Assembly: GCA_026770705.1 (NCBI GenBank)
Contig: JANJGN010000010.1
Coordinates: 43,834,001-43,898,000, forward strand
DNA from: Isurus oxyrinchus
Taxonomy: Eukaryota
Direction: 5' to 3'
DNA: 64,000 nt
The stretch's first letter is position 1, and the number at the start of each line of letters is the position of its first letter. This document shows positions 62,533-64,000 of this stretch, one piece after another. The translations under genes were made by a program, and so were the position numbers. The notes beneath the pieces were generated by a model that was not told where the DNA came from, searched no databases, and saw only the letters and a list, made by a program, of their open reading frames with translations.

Positions 62533-64000
62533 TCACCACAGAAGAGAAGATGAAAGGAAATGCAAAACGCTCAGGCTCCACACAAATTCTGCTAGAATGT
62601 ACAAGTGGTCTGTTAAGAAGGAGATTCTATTTTTGGGGGGTAGGTAGGTGGAGAAATGTTAAGCATCTATTTTGCTTTGCATAATTTTGTTCTGCAGGGA
62701 GGGAGACCCTTCAGCCAAAGGATCAGGCAGATTGGTGTGTAATCCAGTCAGAGGAAGAGCATGAAAAGGCAGAAAAAGATCAATGTGGGGAAGGTAGGAA
62801 GAATGGACAAGACATTCTTTTAAGATCTGCACTACATGACAGCCTCTGGCTTCACTTCATAATATACTGGCCGCATTAATAACATACTCTGCCTAATTGT
62901 AATGGGCTGAATGATAGCTACCAATATGACGTTGTATGTGTGCCAGTAAGGCTGCAACTTGCACAGTTGCTTTAAAGGAACATTTCTGGTTTTTGAGCAA
63001 CTGTAGATTTGCAGTTGTTCCATCATTGGTCAAAAGTATGTCGCTGAATGAATAAGAAAAAATCCGGCACTGCTTTATTTGCTTCAATTATTCCCATCAG
63101 AATTAATTCCATAATAGAAATAGTGTATGAGGGTTCACTGTGCAGAATTCTTGGAGTTTAAGGTAAATAAAAATTTCACAGAAACCAATACTCAAAATAA
63201 GGGGAAGTGACACAAAGGAAGTGGCACGTGGAGTCAAAAAATCCATGTAATTAAAGGGGACTCATTGATGAGTTCATGGTTGGTATGTTATGCCAAATTA
63301 AAAAGAATAGGACTTTATAATTATTATTTTAATACATTGTTTATGTTATTTTTACAGGATAAAAGAGAAGGAGGTACCCGTCTAATTCCTTCTTGAAACC
63401 CACTAAGATTCCTTGTTACCCCACCGATGCTGGTAAATGTGATGTACGCTTACCACCCCTTTCAGTAAAATAATTCCTTCTGCATTTCAAATTTTGTTTT
63501 GCTGTCCTTAATTTGTAAATATGGCCCCTTGTGCTTAAATTTGCGCAAGCAGAAACACTTACTTGGATCCAATTTGTACAAACCTTTTGTTATACTGTTA
63601 TATTACTCATAAAGAGCTAGGAACTAATTGTTACATGAATATATACCTTGCGCGCCACATTTACTGAGGCACTGCAGTCATGTGCTGAGTAACAATGTAT
63701 CAGTCCGTTCAGCCACACAGAGAGATACAAGAAGTACACTTGATGAAGCTCCAGCATTTTGAGTCTAAAGTGTGATTATTTCTAGTTTATGGGGCCAGAA
63801 GACATAATGGGCCGTAACTTCATGGAGTGGCAATAACAGTCGGATTTCCACTCCGCTCCTAGTTACTTACCCTGAAACGCAGCCACACCTTTCTCACCCA
63901 ACTTTCCAACTCAGGCCAATGACAAAAGTGCAGTGCAGTGGGTTCCTGAGGCCTTGTGCCGAAGGCAGCTGTGTTGGAGGCAAGGGTGCCACGCCCCTTT

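Noticed and set aside
1-64000. CRISPR arrays, rRNA or tRNA genes, prokaryotic operons
   Set aside because: No regularly spaced repeats or RNA-gene signatures were seen; B-box-like motifs belong to SINE heads.

Overview
Repeat-dense eukaryotic non-coding DNA. It is most likely from a cartilaginous fish (shark); this is inferred from the mix of vertebrate CR1, L2, RTE, Penelope, DeuSINE and Harbinger repeats. No intact host protein-coding gene is supportable, and almost all listed ORFs are transposon fragments or antisense noise. The window holds four large, decayed two-gene PIF/Harbinger DNA transposons (DDE transposase plus a convergently oriented Myb/SANT partner, spliced where the gene can be read), a fifth transposase remnant and several Harbinger MITEs. 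It also holds two solo LTRs with 4-bp TSDs, a Gypsy gag-protease remnant, many LINE/SINE fragments and Penelope termini. Signals beyond routine annotation: a minimal hammerhead-ribozyme motif in a Penelope terminus, two locally templated insertions inside LINEs, a CR1 copy with twin-priming-like 5' inversion, a GGCC-N6-GGCC subterminal palindrome shared across Harbinger elements, and a family-conserved tandem duplication of the transposase stop/3'UTR. Boundaries were read by eye and are approximate unless a TSD or TIR is quoted.
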